Origin: an uncultured archaeon
Lineage (GTDB): Archaea > Thermoproteota > Nitrososphaeria > Nitrososphaerales > Gagatemarchaeaceae
Assembly (NCBI GenBank): GCA_963799775.1
Contig: CAWCYD010000002.1
Coordinates: 32,001-96,000 of the forward strand
Reading direction: 5' to 3'
DNA length: 64,000 bases
Below the pieces are notes generated by a model. That model had not been told where the DNA came from. It did no database searches and saw nothing but the letters and a program-made list of their open reading frames with translations. Every line of letters begins with the position of its first letter. Within the stretch, counting starts at the first letter, position 1. Made by a program: the position numbers and the translations under genes. Shown in pieces: positions 31,609 through 43,075 of this stretch.

Positions 31609-31866
31609 ATGTCAGCTGTTCCCGTAGCTCTCGGTATCATAGTCTTAGCGGCGATCTTCTTACCGGTCATACCTCATACTCAGTCGTCCTCATGGTTTTA
31701 CGGCCTCGGAAACAATACGGTCGAGGCCGACGTCTCACTGACCTTCCTTCTCGTTCACTGCGGTGCCTACATCAACGCGAATTCGACTTCGACCGTCCTA
31801 GAGGTTGGCGCATCTTCACCCGGTCCGAAGGGATACAACTTCAACTGCAACTTCCGAGTCACCTAG
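31609..31866 (+). CDS. small secreted/membrane hypothetical protein
   Basis: Hydrophobic N-terminus, two Cys. Confidence 0.45.
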   Translation: MSAVPVALGIIVLAAIFLPVIPHTQSSSWFYGLGNNTVEADVSLTFLLVHCGAYINANSTSTVLEVGASSPGPKGYNFNCNFRVT

Positions 31867-31933
31867 GCGTTCCAGGCGAGAAAAATTCCGAGGCCCTCCC
31901 GCCACCGTCGGGAGGGTCCATTTGCGCTAACGT

Positions 31934-32455
31934 TCAGACTCGAGATTGTACGACCGAGACGGTCCTGATGGAGCCGAAGGTGTCGCTTCTCAGCAACTTG
32001 TCAGCGTCTCTGACCTGCACCGAGAAAGCGTCGTCGATCTCCATAGAGTCAGGGATGTGGAACGACAGCGAACCGTCGCGCGGCAACCTGGCCTCTGACT
32101 TCAACTCTCCCATGTGGTCGATAGTGCTGAGCTGGACGCCGTTGTAGAAGACACGGCACCGCTCGACGCCCTGATAGCCCGAGACGGCGATTGCCCAGGT
32201 GCTCGCCAAGGGCGTGGTGATCTTCTCTTGTCTGGCCTCGAGCATCGGCCAGTGAGATGTCGTGACCGTCTTCGTGTTGGCAGACGCGATGATTCGGACG
32301 GCGTTACCTTTTCTGACGTCTCGAGGAGGGTTCGACGAGGATTTGTTTGGATAGACGATGAATGCGCCGTCGCCCGTGATTCTCATCACAGTGCCGTCGA
32401 CGACCTCTTCGGTCCTGTATTCGGTGGACTCTACTTGTTCGGTTTCCTGTGCCAT
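31934..32455 (-). CDS. hypothetical protein
   Basis: 173-aa ORF with ATG and TTTAAC-like box upstream. Confidence 0.55.
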   Translation of the reverse strand: MAQETEQVESTEYRTEEVVDGTVMRITGDGAFIVYPNKSSSNPPRDVRKGNAVRIIASANTKTVTTSHWPMLEARQEKITTPLASTWAIAVSGYQGVERCRVFYNGVQLSTIDHMGELKSEARLPRDGSLSFHIPDSMEIDDAFSVQVRDADKLLRSDTFGSIRTVSVVQSRV

Positions 32456-32566
32456 AATCCGAGGGATAGTTGTGCAGGTTAAATCTGGGACTTGACTTCA
32501 TGCCAATTCAATCGTCGGACTCGGTCTTCTAGGGGAATCTCTCCCCGGCGTCTCAGCTAGCCGTGG

Positions 32567-32947
32567 TCACTTTTTTCGGCCTGACGTCTGCGAGTTCACG
32601 TAGGCCGCGAGTTCGCTTATCCCGATAGGCTTTCTCAGGAGCTTGTCTACCTTCATGTCCGGGAACATCTTCTGGAATTCGTTCTGGTAGACGTCGAACG
32701 CGGTGAGGAAGGCGATCGACACGTCCGCGTCCTTGGTGCGCAGCTGGCGATACAGCTCGAAACCGTTCATCTGCGGCATCCTGATGTCGAGGAATATCAT
32801 GGCGTAGTGCTTGGGCTTGAACTCGGCGAGCGCCTTCCTAGGGTCGTTGAACGCGTCGACCTCGAACCCCTTTCTCTCTAGCCCTATCTTCAGGCTGGTC
32901 GTGATGTCGGGCTCGTCATCGACTATCAGTATTCGCACGGAATTCAA
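32567..32947 (-). CDS. stand-alone response regulator receiver
   Basis: ILIVDDEPD, FLDIRMPQMNG, FLTA, KP. Confidence 0.92.
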   Translation of the reverse strand: MNSVRILIVDDEPDITTSLKIGLERKGFEVDAFNDPRKALAEFKPKHYAMIFLDIRMPQMNGFELYRQLRTKDADVSIAFLTAFDVYQNEFQKMFPDMKVDKLLRKPIGISELAAYVNSQTSGRKK

Positions 32948-32963
32948 ATTGATTCTACTCTAT

Positions 32964-34301
32964 TTATACCATGGGAACGAGACTGAGCCTTGCAGGTCCG
33001 TGGTCGGACTCGCAAGCGAGTGCAAAGTACTCTGTCCAAGGGACCTGTGACTGCAGCATCGGCGTCCCGTTCAGGTCGCTGAACTTTAGCGAGAGGTCGG
33101 CGGCCCTGGAAAGGTTCTCCGAACCGCCCTCCTCGCCCCGGACCATCACTGTCAGGTCGATCTCCGACTTTAGGAACTCGAGGAGCTCCTCGCTCTTGTC
33201 CTCCTCCGACTCGAGTATCTGGGCACCGATCAGCGCGATGGTCCTTGGCCGTCCGGCCTTCTTTTTCCCTGCCTGTCCCCTGAGCGCCTCTACGACATCG
33301 GCTTCGCGTCCCCGGTTCTTTATGACAGTGACGTCCCCAAAGGCTTCTCTTACCAGTTCTGGGCTCAACCCCTGGAATGGCTTGTACAGCAGGTTCCTCG
33401 AGCCGGGCGCGTACCTCGCCACAATCCCGCTAAGAAGAATGAGCAGCTGCACCGAGTTCACTCCGGGTCCCAAGGCGAGGCTCATTATCGTACCAGATGG
33501 GAGCGTCCCATCGAGAACGGAATCGAGCTCGCGGTACCCCGTGCTCTTCGCCCTTCTCTCCCAGACCCACCGAGCCTTCTTGCCCGAGCGGACCTCGAGA
33601 GGGTTGTACGTGGCGAAGCTCCGGAACACCCCCGAATCAAGAGTGAACAGGTGAGAGGGCCGGGTCACCTTGACCCCGCTCAGCTTCGAGAGCTGGAGCA
33701 TCCTCACGATCCTCCCATCCTCATAGTAGCGGTCCAGGGTCAAGACGCCGTCATAGAGCGAGTCGTAGTTGCTGTTCGACGAGTCCTCGATGAGTGTGAT
33801 GATGTTGGCCTCGGCCCTCTCCCGCCAGGTCTGGAGGACTTTGGCGTTGGACAGAAGGGCCTCTGCGTCCATCATGGTCTCTACAGGGTCCCAAGAGTCG
33901 ACAACGATCGTCGGCGACCTCACGTCCATGAGCTCGTTCGTGATCCTCTCGAAGAACGGCACCGGCTCGTCGAGCCGCGAGTCGACGAACCTGTCTTTCG
34001 CGCCTTGGCCCTCCGGCCGCTCTTGCTCGCCTTTGCTCTTTCCGTCTCCTCCTAGCTCCTTCAGCCACGGGTTGTTCTCGAAGAGCTGAGAAGGCGAGAC
34101 CCTAGTCGAGAGATAGAGGAAGTTGTCCGTCATTCCCCGCGCCCTCAGGATTGACAGCGCGAGGATGGTCTTGCCCGTCGCAGCCTCCCCTTTGATGAGC
34201 AAGGAGTATGTCCGGCGTGAGAGGAAGCTCAAGAGCTCCGGAGGGAGCACCGGGCTCGGGACTGAACTTTCCTCCCTGGGCGCGTTTTTCATCGTCTCCA
34301 C
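32964..34301 (-). CDS. GvpD-like KaiC/RecA-superfamily P-loop ATPase
   Basis: SLLIKGEAATGKTILAL, YLSTRVS, IVVDSWD, DGVLTL, KLSGV, FTLDSG.F, STGYRELDSVL. Confidence 0.75.
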   Translation of the reverse strand: METMKNAPREESSVPSPVLPPELLSFLSRRTYSLLIKGEAATGKTILALSILRARGMTDNFLYLSTRVSPSQLFENNPWLKELGGDGKSKGEQERPEGQGAKDRFVDSRLDEPVPFFERITNELMDVRSPTIVVDSWDPVETMMDAEALLSNAKVLQTWRERAEANIITLIEDSSNSNYDSLYDGVLTLDRYYEDGRIVRMLQLSKLSGVKVTRPSHLFTLDSGVFRSFATYNPLEVRSGKKARWVWERRAKSTGYRELDSVLDGTLPSGTIMSLALGPGVNSVQLLILLSGIVARYAPGSRNLLYKPFQGLSPELVREAFGDVTVIKNRGREADVVEALRGQAGKKKAGRPRTIALIGAQILESEEDKSEELLEFLKSEIDLTVMVRGEEGGSENLSRAADLSLKFSDLNGTPMLQSQVPWTEYFALACESDHGPARLSLVPMV

Positions 34302-34394
34302 TCCGATTCGTGCTCCTGAATATAAGACGAATGGCCGTTTGATTGGCGGGTCGGACCTGCGTCCTGCGTCCGAGGTTCTGTTCTCTCTAGGAGC

Positions 34395-34583
34395 TTATCG
34401 GGTGGAGCTGGCCGTCTTCTCCCAGCAATGACAGTGATACCACCTGTCTCCGAAGAGGACATCCCCTGCGCCGAGGACGACCTCGCCACCACATTGCTCG
34501 CACCTCCTGACCAGGAAGTTGACTTGGGTGAAGTCGTCGGATACGACGACCGCGCGCTCCATGACGCTTGTCGGATGTGACAT
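34395..34583 (-). CDS. small zinc-finger protein
   Basis: CEQCGGEV...WYHCHC. Confidence 0.5.
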   Translation of the reverse strand: MSHPTSVMERAVVVSDDFTQVNFLVRRCEQCGGEVVLGAGDVLFGDRWYHCHCWEKTASSTR

Positions 34584-34662
34584 ATCGAACTACATCACTT
34601 CCTTCGATGCATTATCTTGTTTGGCATTCAAACTTCTAGTATAATCATTGGCCGGCCCGAGG

Positions 34663-36421
34663 TTACCTGACGGTCACGGACTTCGCGAGGTTCCGCGGGT
34701 AGTCGGGGTCGGCGTTCCGCTGCACGGCCATGTGGTACGCCAGGAGCTGGACAGGGAGTATCTCGAGGATCGAGAAGAGCTGCTCCTCGACGCGCGGGAT
34801 CCTGATCCAGTGGTCGTAGATGGGGTTCGGCTGGTCCGAGATGCCTATTATCTTGACGCCGCGCGCCTTCACCTCGTGGGCCATCGCCAGGGTGTTGGGG
34901 TAGGTGAAGTCCGTCGGGTTGAAGACGAGGACGTACGAACTGGAGCCGAGCAGGGCGAGGGGCCCGTGCTTCAGCTCTCCGCTCGGCATCGCCTCCGCGT
35001 GGACGTATGCGAGCTCCTTCAGCTTCAGGGCGGCCTCGCACGCTATGAAGTAGTGGATGCCGTCGCCGAGCACGTAGATGTCGGTGACGTCCCTGAGCTC
35101 ATTCGCTAGCTCGCGGATCTTGTCCTCCTGCTCCAGGATCTCCTTCATCGCCGCGGGCGCCTTCGAGAGGTCGAAGTCATGTCCCCCGCAGAGCATGTCG
35201 TTCAGCGCGTAGAGGACGGCCAGCTGCGATGTGAAGCTCTTCGTCGCCGCCACGCCTATCTCCGACCCGCAGTTGAGGCCTACCGAAATCGTCCGAGAGC
35301 CTCGCCAACGACGAGGTCGGCACGTTGACTATGGACGCGACGGCCGCACCGTGTTCCTTGGCTATGTTCGCCGCTTCGAGGACGTCTGCGCTCTCGCCGC
35401 TCTGGGAGAGGGCGAGCAGGAGGGAGCGATTGTCAAGATACATCGGAGAGAACTGCGCCTCGCTCGAGATTATTGGTTCGACCCTCGTCCCCGCGTATTT
35501 CGAGAGGAGGTGCTTTCCCACGAGCGCCGCGTTGTAGCTTGTCCCGCTCCCGGTGATGTAGATGACCTCGGAGCGCTTCATCATCGCGGCGAGGACCTCG
35601 AGCTCGGCCCTGGACCGACTGCCCGCTTTCACGATCACGTCTGGCTGTTCGTGTATCTCCTTGCGGGTGTAATGGACGAACTCTCCCTTGTCGGCGTCGG
35701 CGAGCTCCCTCGAGACCCTGACGACCCGCTGCTCGACCGGTCGGCCGAAGAAGTCGCAGATCTTGATCCTCTCGGGGGTGATGGTGACGAACTGGCCGTT
35801 GTCGAGGTAGATCACGTCGTCTGCCTCGTCGATGAACCCCATGATGTCGCTCGAGACGAAGACGCCGCACCTTCCTATCCCGAGTATCAGAGGCGCTTGG
35901 TTTCGGGCTCCCACGAGCGTCCCGTCGTCCATCAGGGCCACGAAGGCGTACCTCCCCTTGAGCGCATGCAACGTCTCGGAGACGGACTCCTCTACAGTCA
36001 TCCCCAGGTCGCGATTGCACTGGAGCAGGTTGGCTATCACCTCGCTGTCCGTCTCGCTCTTGAAGATGTAGCCGCGCTGGCCGCACTCTGCCTTGAGCTC
36101 CTCATAGTTCTCGATTATCCCGTTGTGGACTATGGCGATCTTCCCCGCCGAAGACAGGTGCGGATGGGCGTTGGCCTCGTTGACGCCTCCGTGGGTCGCC
36201 CACCTGGTGTGGCCGATTCCGATGTGACCGGGGAGCGTCTCCAGCTTCTTCGCCGAGTTCACCTGCTCGACCTTCCCTACCCCCTTCTTCATGAGGATGA
36301 CGCCGTCGTTCCTCATCGCGACGCCAGCACTGTCATAACCACGATATTCCATCTTCCGGAGAGCCTTGACGAGCAGCGGAGCTCCGTCCCCGCTGCCAAG
36401 ATAGCCGATTATCGAGCACAA
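34663..36421 (-). CDS. glmS: glutamine--fructose-6-phosphate aminotransferase, frameshift near 35285
   Basis: MCSIIG, EYRGYDSAG, GHTRWATHG, SQSGES, AATKSFT, ELKHGP, PRNLAKSVTV. Confidence 0.95.
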
Positions 36422-36553
36422 ATCTGAAATACGGAGTGCGCGCGGCGGATATTAGTTGCTGACCGAACTATCATATGAAGCCATGTTAGCTTCGATTGCT
36501 ACGGAAGATTACTGATTCCGGCTTAAAACCGGTCCCGAAGGGTCTATTCTACC

Positions 36554-37180
36554 GTGCAAACGACTACCTGGAAGGATAAAATCGCAGACCCTTCTAACCC
36601 TTGGTTGAACGCCATCAGGGCAGAAGAGGATTCTAGACTCTCCGAGGCAACCACCCTCTACCTCCGAGATGCGGCCGAGTGCCTCAACCTTGGTCTCAAG
36701 GCAAGGTCAGCCCTGAGCTGCTCGTGCGCAGCGACGTGCCTACAGAGGATGGGGAACGTGAACGCCGCTAGGCGCCTATACTTGGAGACTGCCAAGATCT
36801 ACGAAGAACAAGCAGACGCCTCGTTCAGCACCTCGATACGTGATGCACTATGGCTCTTGCAGGAGGCCCACGACTACTACGTCCTGGGCGGGGACTCCAA
36901 CGGCGCAGCCAAGCAGTATGAGAGGTGCGTCGAAATCGTCAAGAAGCTTGACCCCTTCGCCAGCGATGGGAACCTCGACCGCGTGCTGAGGATCCGGCGC
37001 AACACGCAGACGAGAGCTATCTCCTACTCGGTACCTACCCCGCAGGCACCGGAAATGAGCGCGGCGATAGACGGTTTCCTGCGTCTCAGAGACCAGCAGC
37101 CCTCGAAGCCGACGCAGACTGCCAGGGCTGTCAGCGCTACCTACAGGAGGCCTTCCGTTGAGAAGAGTATTGTTAGTTAA
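36554..37180 (+). CDS. helical-repeat (TPR/SNAP-like) hypothetical protein
   Basis: Ala-rich helical repeats (A..LY..AA.C; AAKQYERC); first gene of the glycosyltransferase operon. Confidence 0.6.
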   Translation: MQTTTWKDKIADPSNPWLNAIRAEEDSRLSEATTLYLRDAAECLNLGLKARSALSCSCAATCLQRMGNVNAARRLYLETAKIYEEQADASFSTSIRDALWLLQEAHDYYVLGGDSNGAAKQYERCVEIVKKLDPFASDGNLDRVLRIRRNTQTRAISYSVPTPQAPEMSAAIDGFLRLRDQQPSKPTQTARAVSATYRRPSVEKSIVS

Positions 37181-38649
37181 CTGGGACGGATATCCCAACA
37201 TCGCTCACGGGGGCGTCTACACTTGGGAGAAGGCGCTCGTCGAGGAGCTTAGCGACTGGGAGTTCGTCGTCTACAACCAGCTCTCGAACTCGAACACCAA
37301 CGGCGCATACAAAGTCCCGACGAACGTCACCCGAGTCACCGCCTTCCCGCTCTTCGGCGCAATGAGGTTCGAGGAGTTCACGGGGAACCCCTTCCTGGGG
37401 AAGGTGCTAGCGACCTCCCAGAGGGCGATCGAGAGGCACTTCGTCCCGACGTTCCAGCGCTTCCTCTCGCAGACACTCTCGGCAGAGTGCGACACCTCTG
37501 AGGTGAGGGAATCGGTCATCCAGCTGCACGAGATCTTCAGGAAGTTCGACTACAAGAAATGCGTCGAGAACCCGGCCGTCTGGGAGAGCATTCCTCCGCC
37601 AGCTGAAGGAGGATTCACTCTACCGCGTCATGAGCCTCAACGAGGCGTGGCGCGCGTTCCAGGGAATCCAAAGGACTATGCAGACGCTGTCGATGGACAT
37701 CCCCAAGGTCGACCTGGTCCACTGCAGTCTCGTGTGGACCCCCTCATTGCTTGCGGTGATAGCCAAGTCCAAGTACGGCTCCCCGGTGATCGTCACCGAG
37801 CACGGAGTCGCGTTCCGAGAGCTCATGCTCTACTACAACGCGTACACCTTCGACGAGGCCTCGAAGGTGCTGATGAAGGTCTTCGCTGCCAACATCGTGA
37901 AGACCGTCTACTCGATGGCCGACATCGTGGCGCCCGTCTGCAGCGCCAACACGGAGTGGGAGCGAAACCTTGGCGTCGCTCCGGAGAAGATCAGGGTGAT
38001 CTACAACGGGATCGACACAAAGAGGTTCAGGCCGATGCCCGTCGAGAGGAAGACGGACCGCCCTGTCGTCGTCTCGGTCGGAAGGATTGAGATTTTCAAA
38101 GACACGATCTCGCTCATCACCGCGATGAAGGACGTCAGGGACGAGATCCCTGACGTCATGTGCCTCATCTACGGCGAGTCGACGGACCTGGACTACGCCC
38201 GAAAGTGCTTGGAGACGGTGAGGAGGCTAAAGCTCGAGCGCAACGTGAAGTTCATGGGCAAGACCGAGGAGCCTGAGAAGGCGTACAATCTCGGCGACGT
38301 GGTCGCGATGAGCAGCCTGACGGAGGCCTTCCCGTTCGCGGCCATCGAGGCGATGGCCTGCGGGAAGCCTGTGGTCGCCACTGACGTCGGAGGCACGAGG
38401 GAGGCCCTCGAGGGCGTCGGAGTCCTAGTTCGGAGCAGGAACGAGACTGAGCTTGCGCGGGGTATCCTGAAGCTCCTGAAAGACAAGGAACTTCGGGCTC
38501 GGCTCGGCGAGGCGGCTCAGAGGAAGGCGAGGGAGAAGTTCGAGCTGTCCGCAGCCGCGGGCCGTTATCGGCTCCTCTACGAGGAGCTGCTCGAGACTCC
38601 TAGGGCCTCGTCCGCGAAGCAAAGCGAGCCATTGGTGGTACTCCGATGA
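37158..38649 (+). CDS. pelF: GT4 glycosyltransferase, PelF-like (DUF3492-type N-terminus), frameshift near 37592
   Basis: DGYPNIAHGGVYTW, VIVTEHGVAFRE, VIYNGID, GRIEIFKD, SLTEAFPFAAIEAMACG. Confidence 0.75.
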
Positions 38650-39629
38650 GCGTCCGCGTCCGCAGAGCGGTTGTGACCGGAGGGGCCGGCTTCATAGGGA
38701 GCCACATCGTGGACGAGCTGATCCGCAGGGAAATAGAGACCTACGTCGTAGACGACCTCAGCACCGGGAAGCTCGAGAACCTAAGCCAGCACTATGGCAA
38801 CGGACTGCTTCACGTCATCGTCGGGGATGCGAGGAGGATAGACGGGCTGCTTGCCGACGTCGAGGAAATAGACGTCGTCTTCCACGAGGCGGCGATCGCG
38901 AACGTCCTGAGGTCCGTCAGGGAGCCAATGGTCGTCCACGACGTGAACGTCAACATGACCCTCGAGATAATGAACTTCTGCCTCGCCAAGAAGATCAGGA
39001 GGTTCGTCTTCGCCTCGACCGCCGCGGTCTACGGGGCGATAGGCGACACGAAGGCGAGGGAGGGCCTCCTCTGCTACCCGTCGTCTCCATACGGCGCCTC
39101 GAAGATGTCCGTGGAGAACTACCTGAGCGCGTACCAGAAGACATACGGTCTGGAACCCGTGATCTTGAGATACTTCAACGTCTTCGGGCCGAGGCAGGCC
39201 CAGAGCGACTACAGCGGCGTGATAACCCTCTTCGTAAACGCCATGCTCAAGCGGGAGCCGGTCACGATATACGGGGACGGGAGGCAGGTCCGCGACTTTG
39301 TCAACGTGAAGGACATTGTGCAGGCGAACATGCTCGCTATGGATAAGGACGCTGCGGTGGGCGATGTGTTCAACGTGGCCTCCGGGCAGTCGACGAGCAT
39401 CTTGCAGCTGCTAGAAGCCCTGAAGTCGATGGCCGACATGAGAGACGTCCAGCACAAGTTCGCGCCGGCAAGGCCGGGGGACGTGCGCTTCGGGATGGCC
39501 TCGATCGAGAAGATAGAGAGAGTCCTGAAATACAGGCGGACGGTCTCAATCGAGCAGGGCTTGCGGGAGCTCATGCTCCACGCGGCCTCCCGCCTTGAGA
39601 TGCAGATCCCTCAGGGTCAGCGAAGGTAG
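38646..39629 (+). CDS. UDP-hexose/HexNAc 4-epimerase (GalE/PelX-like)
   Basis: TGGAGFIGSH, STAAVYG, YGASK, LRYFNVFGPRQ, RDFV. Confidence 0.9.
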   Translation: MSVRVRRAVVTGGAGFIGSHIVDELIRREIETYVVDDLSTGKLENLSQHYGNGLLHVIVGDARRIDGLLADVEEIDVVFHEAAIANVLRSVREPMVVHDVNVNMTLEIMNFCLAKKIRRFVFASTAAVYGAIGDTKAREGLLCYPSSPYGASKMSVENYLSAYQKTYGLEPVILRYFNVFGPRQAQSDYSGVITLFVNAMLKREPVTIYGDGRQVRDFVNVKDIVQANMLAMDKDAAVGDVFNVASGQSTSILQLLEALKSMADMRDVQHKFAPARPGDVRFGMASIEKIERVLKYRRTVSIEQGLRELMLHAASRLEMQIPQGQRR

Positions 39630-39634
39630 TCGCC

Positions 39635-41281
39635 ATGGCTTGGAGCCCCTCCGCAGCGCCGCCCGGACGGAGCGATTCGCGCGCCTTCCTCACAAAGGCA
39701 GCGAGATCGGTCGCCGAGCTGCAGCCCAAAGTCAACAACGTCGCCGATGTCTTGGTCTTTCTCGAGATACTGGGCTACACGAATCAGGATGCCTTGCATA
39801 ATGGGTTTGACGACCTCCTGGACATGTCGCGACGGATCTACGAGTTCGTCGACATCTTCGAGCCCCGGGTGGAAGACGTGCCCGGATCGCTCGACGCATA
39901 CGTCAAGGTGCCGACAATCGCAAGAAGGCTCGGGGAAGGCTTTGCACTCTCCTTCGGGTGGCTCGGTTCCCTCCTGATCCTATTCGTCGCTGGAGTGTCT
40001 CTCTGGCTTTCGCTACTTCTCCCACTGAAGGTCACGACCGTGTTCCTTGGTGGCCTCTTCGCCGGGTTGTTCATCACGGAAGGACCGCTGCAGAGCTTCA
40101 ACAGGCTATTCAGCTTCTATCACGACCAGGGAAACGTGGCGGAGGCGAAGCGGGTGCTGAAAAGGACGTACCTGATCGTGGCAGGCGTGGTCGCCCTGAC
40201 GGCGAGCGCGCTCTACGCGGTCGCGTCGCTGACCGGCTTTCCGATTGGCCTCTTCGAGATAGGGATTGCGAGCCTCGTCTTGGTCTCCCTGCAAAGGGTC
40301 GTCTACGCGATCATCTACCCCCTGAGAAAGATCGCCCACCTTGTTGTCTCCTACTCGCTGGCGTTCGCCGTCCTCCTGCTGATCTACTTCGGGGCTGGGA
40401 CCATCGTCCCCGACGCCATCAGCCGCTATCTCTACGCGCTCATCGGAGCCGTCGTCGTCCTATGCTCCTTCGCGCTCTATGATCAGTTCCAGGTATTGCG
40501 AGGCAAGTCCTTCCAGATGAAAGGCCCGATCCCCAACTTCTTCAAGCGCACAATGATAAACAAGACGACGATAAGGTCTAAGGTATCAGTCCAGTTCTGG
40601 GAGACCGTACCAAGCTACCTCTTCGGGACTTTCTTCTTCGTCCTGATATTCGGTGACAGGGTGCTTTCTTGGTTCTTCAACCCCATCAAGGTCGCCAACG
40701 GGATAACCCTGCCCTTCGTCTTCAACTCCGCCTACCACTCGGGCGCCGACCCCGCGCTCCTGATAATCTTCCCCGCCCTCATCCTCCAGTACGCGTTGAT
40801 GAGGGCAGTATACGGACAGGTGACCAACGCCACTCTCGCGTCCTCGGTCCTCGAAGCGAGCAAGGTCCGGCAGCTTTTGGTCAAGCGATATGAGACTGTC
40901 ATGGCGGCCTCTCTCCTAGCTTCTGGCGCCGCGGCGATCGCGTTGATCTATCTGGCCCCGATGTTCCTTCCCGCGGTTTCACTGACGCCCACGACTTTGC
41001 AGATCCTTCACATCGCCTCGGTCGCGAACATCTTCCTCGTTGTCTTCCTCGCAAACACTCTCTTCCTGCAGCTGCTGAACAAGATGTTGGGTCTCGCGCT
41101 CATCACAATCGTGGGAGGATTGGTGGTCCTGATAGGAGGTTTGATCGCGGCGCAGACGGGCTTCCAGAACCTGGAGCTCGCCTACTTTGCGGCCGCGATC
41201 ACGGTCGCAGCGATCTCGACGTTCTACGTGCTCTCGAACCTCGGCCGCGCCACGAGCATATTCTTCGGCCGCTACGTCTGA
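39635..41281 (+). CDS. multi-pass membrane protein, PelG-like polysaccharide exporter
   Basis: ~12 TM segments, FGDRVLSW motif; position after PelF-like GT and epimerase. Confidence 0.55.
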   Translation: MAWSPSAAPPGRSDSRAFLTKAARSVAELQPKVNNVADVLVFLEILGYTNQDALHNGFDDLLDMSRRIYEFVDIFEPRVEDVPGSLDAYVKVPTIARRLGEGFALSFGWLGSLLILFVAGVSLWLSLLLPLKVTTVFLGGLFAGLFITEGPLQSFNRLFSFYHDQGNVAEAKRVLKRTYLIVAGVVALTASALYAVASLTGFPIGLFEIGIASLVLVSLQRVVYAIIYPLRKIAHLVVSYSLAFAVLLLIYFGAGTIVPDAISRYLYALIGAVVVLCSFALYDQFQVLRGKSFQMKGPIPNFFKRTMINKTTIRSKVSVQFWETVPSYLFGTFFFVLIFGDRVLSWFFNPIKVANGITLPFVFNSAYHSGADPALLIIFPALILQYALMRAVYGQVTNATLASSVLEASKVRQLLVKRYETVMAASLLASGAAAIALIYLAPMFLPAVSLTPTTLQILHIASVANIFLVVFLANTLFLQLLNKMLGLALITIVGGLVVLIGGLIAAQTGFQNLELAYFAAAITVAAISTFYVLSNLGRATSIFFGRYV

Positions 41282-41437
41282 GTGAAGCCCGTGACGCGAC
41301 GCGCCGACCATATGCGGATTCCATCTCGGATTCGCGGTCATCTCGCAAGTTACGAAGCAATCGACGCTAGGATTCTTCCGCTGGATTGTTACCTAGCCGA
41401 GCCCGAGATGATTCTCTGCATCTGTTAGTATGCTAGA

Positions 41438-43075
41438 TTGTCATGTATAGTGTGCTTGAATCATACGTTCGCATCAGTAGCAACTCTAGTCCTCGTCGCC
41501 TCTCTCCTAACGGTCACTCCGATAGCCGCGGTCACATTGATGACCAGCGACGCTCCCCTCCCCCCGGTCTCGACGCTGAACGTCGTGCCCTTCCCGATTT
41601 CCCTGGGCTACAACCCCTCTGATGGATACGTGTACGCCGGAGGCTTCAACGGGTCGGTCTCGGTGATATCAGGGAGCAAGGTGATAGGGACCATCCCATC
41701 CGGCGAGATCGGTTACTCGGCGCAGGCCTTCGCATACAGCCCATCCGACCGGGCCGTCTACGTCGCGGGAGGCGACCAGGTCTCTTCGATATCGGGTCTG
41801 AACTCGACGTCGAACGTATCCAGCGCCGGGCCGTCCCCCCAGACTCTGATGTACGACCCCTCCGACTCCTACGTCTACGTCGCGAACCTGGGCTGGATAT
41901 CCATCCTCTCGAGCCAAGACGGCCTGAAGGCCGCTCTTCCGGCGAACATGCGTCCCGGCGGATTCGCCTTCGACTCGTTCGACAACTACACGTATGCCAC
42001 TTACATGATCCAGGACAGCACCGGAGCGTACACGGGCACCGAGGTCTACATCTTCTCTGGAACGAACCCCATCGGGAATGTGACCCTGTCGGGCGGTTCT
42101 GGTGGCTTCGTGGCGCCTGTCTATGACGCCTGTCATGACTACCTCTACGTCGCGAACACATCCGCTCAGTCCGTCTCTGTGATATGGGGCCAGACAATCA
42201 TCGGACAGGTTCCGGTGGGGCAGGAGCCCGAGTCCATGGCGTATGACGCGAAAACCAATCTCGTCTACGTGGCGAACTACGACGCAGGGAGCGTCTCAGT
42301 GCTCTCGGGCACTCAGAACCTCGGGACCGTCGCTGTGGGCCGCTCGCCGATTGCTGTCGCCTACGATCCCTACGACGGCAACGTCTACGTGGCGAACGAG
42401 GCTTCGAACACGGTCTCTGTCATCTCGGGGACGACACTTGTCGCGACAATCCAGGTGGGAAAGAGCCCGGTCGCCCTGGTCTACGACGCCTCAAACAACG
42501 ACGTCTACGTCGCGAACAACGGCGGCAGCTCGGTCTCGATAATACCGCCTCTCGGCTCGGCCACGACCAGCACATCCCCATCGCACGCTCCTTGCTCGCC
42601 AACCCCGGCGGGCTTGATCACGACCACCACCGTCACCGCCACGGCCACGACCACCGCGACTACGACAGCGACAGACACCGTGACCAACACTGCGACTCTC
42701 ACCACCACCGAATTGAACACCACCACGGCCACCGTCACGCGGTCCGTCACAGCTGCGCCCAACGACACCACAACGGGAAACACCGATCCCACAGTAACCA
42801 GCACCGTGACACTCTACCAGACATCCAGCGTGACGACAACTTCCCAGCCTGGCGCTCCTCCGACGTCAGCCGGAGCCACGACGACGTCTGAAACAGGCGC
42901 AGTCCAGTCGTCTGCTAGCTCTCACGTCGGTTCCCCCGCTGCATCGAGCCTGCCCCTCGCGGATATCGCCGCGGTCGCTATACTCGTCCTAGTGGGCTTC
43001 ATGGGCGGCATTGTTGCGGGCAGGAGGAGGCGCTCCAAAGGCGCAGGCACAGCAGAGTGGGATGTCCCGATATGA
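41438..43075 (+). CDS. YVTN/YncE-type beta-propeller surface protein with Thr-rich stalk and C-terminal TM anchor
   Basis: Repeated YD....VYVAN..S.SVSVI; poly-Thr; TM followed by RRRR. Confidence 0.85.
   Translation: MSCIVCLNHTFASVATLVLVASLLTVTPIAAVTLMTSDAPLPPVSTLNVVPFPISLGYNPSDGYVYAGGFNGSVSVISGSKVIGTIPSGEIGYSAQAFAYSPSDRAVYVAGGDQVSSISGLNSTSNVSSAGPSPQTLMYDPSDSYVYVANLGWISILSSQDGLKAALPANMRPGGFAFDSFDNYTYATYMIQDSTGAYTGTEVYIFSGTNPIGNVTLSGGSGGFVAPVYDACHDYLYVANTSAQSVSVIWGQTIIGQVPVGQEPESMAYDAKTNLVYVANYDAGSVSVLSGTQNLGTVAVGRSPIAVAYDPYDGNVYVANEASNTVSVISGTTLVATIQVGKSPVALVYDASNNDVYVANNGGSSVSIIPPLGSATTSTSPSHAPCSPTPAGLITTTTVTATATTTATTTATDTVTNTATLTTTELNTTTATVTRSVTAAPNDTTTGNTDPTVTSTVTLYQTSSVTTTSQPGAPPTSAGATTTSETGAVQSSASSHVGSPAASSLPLADIAAVAILVLVGFMGGIVAGRRRRSKGAGTAEWDVPI

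Noticed and set aside
35231-36427. Long antisense ORFs (also 20032-21054 and 50627-51481)
   Set aside because: Shadow ORFs of GC-rich genes with clear products on the opposite strand.
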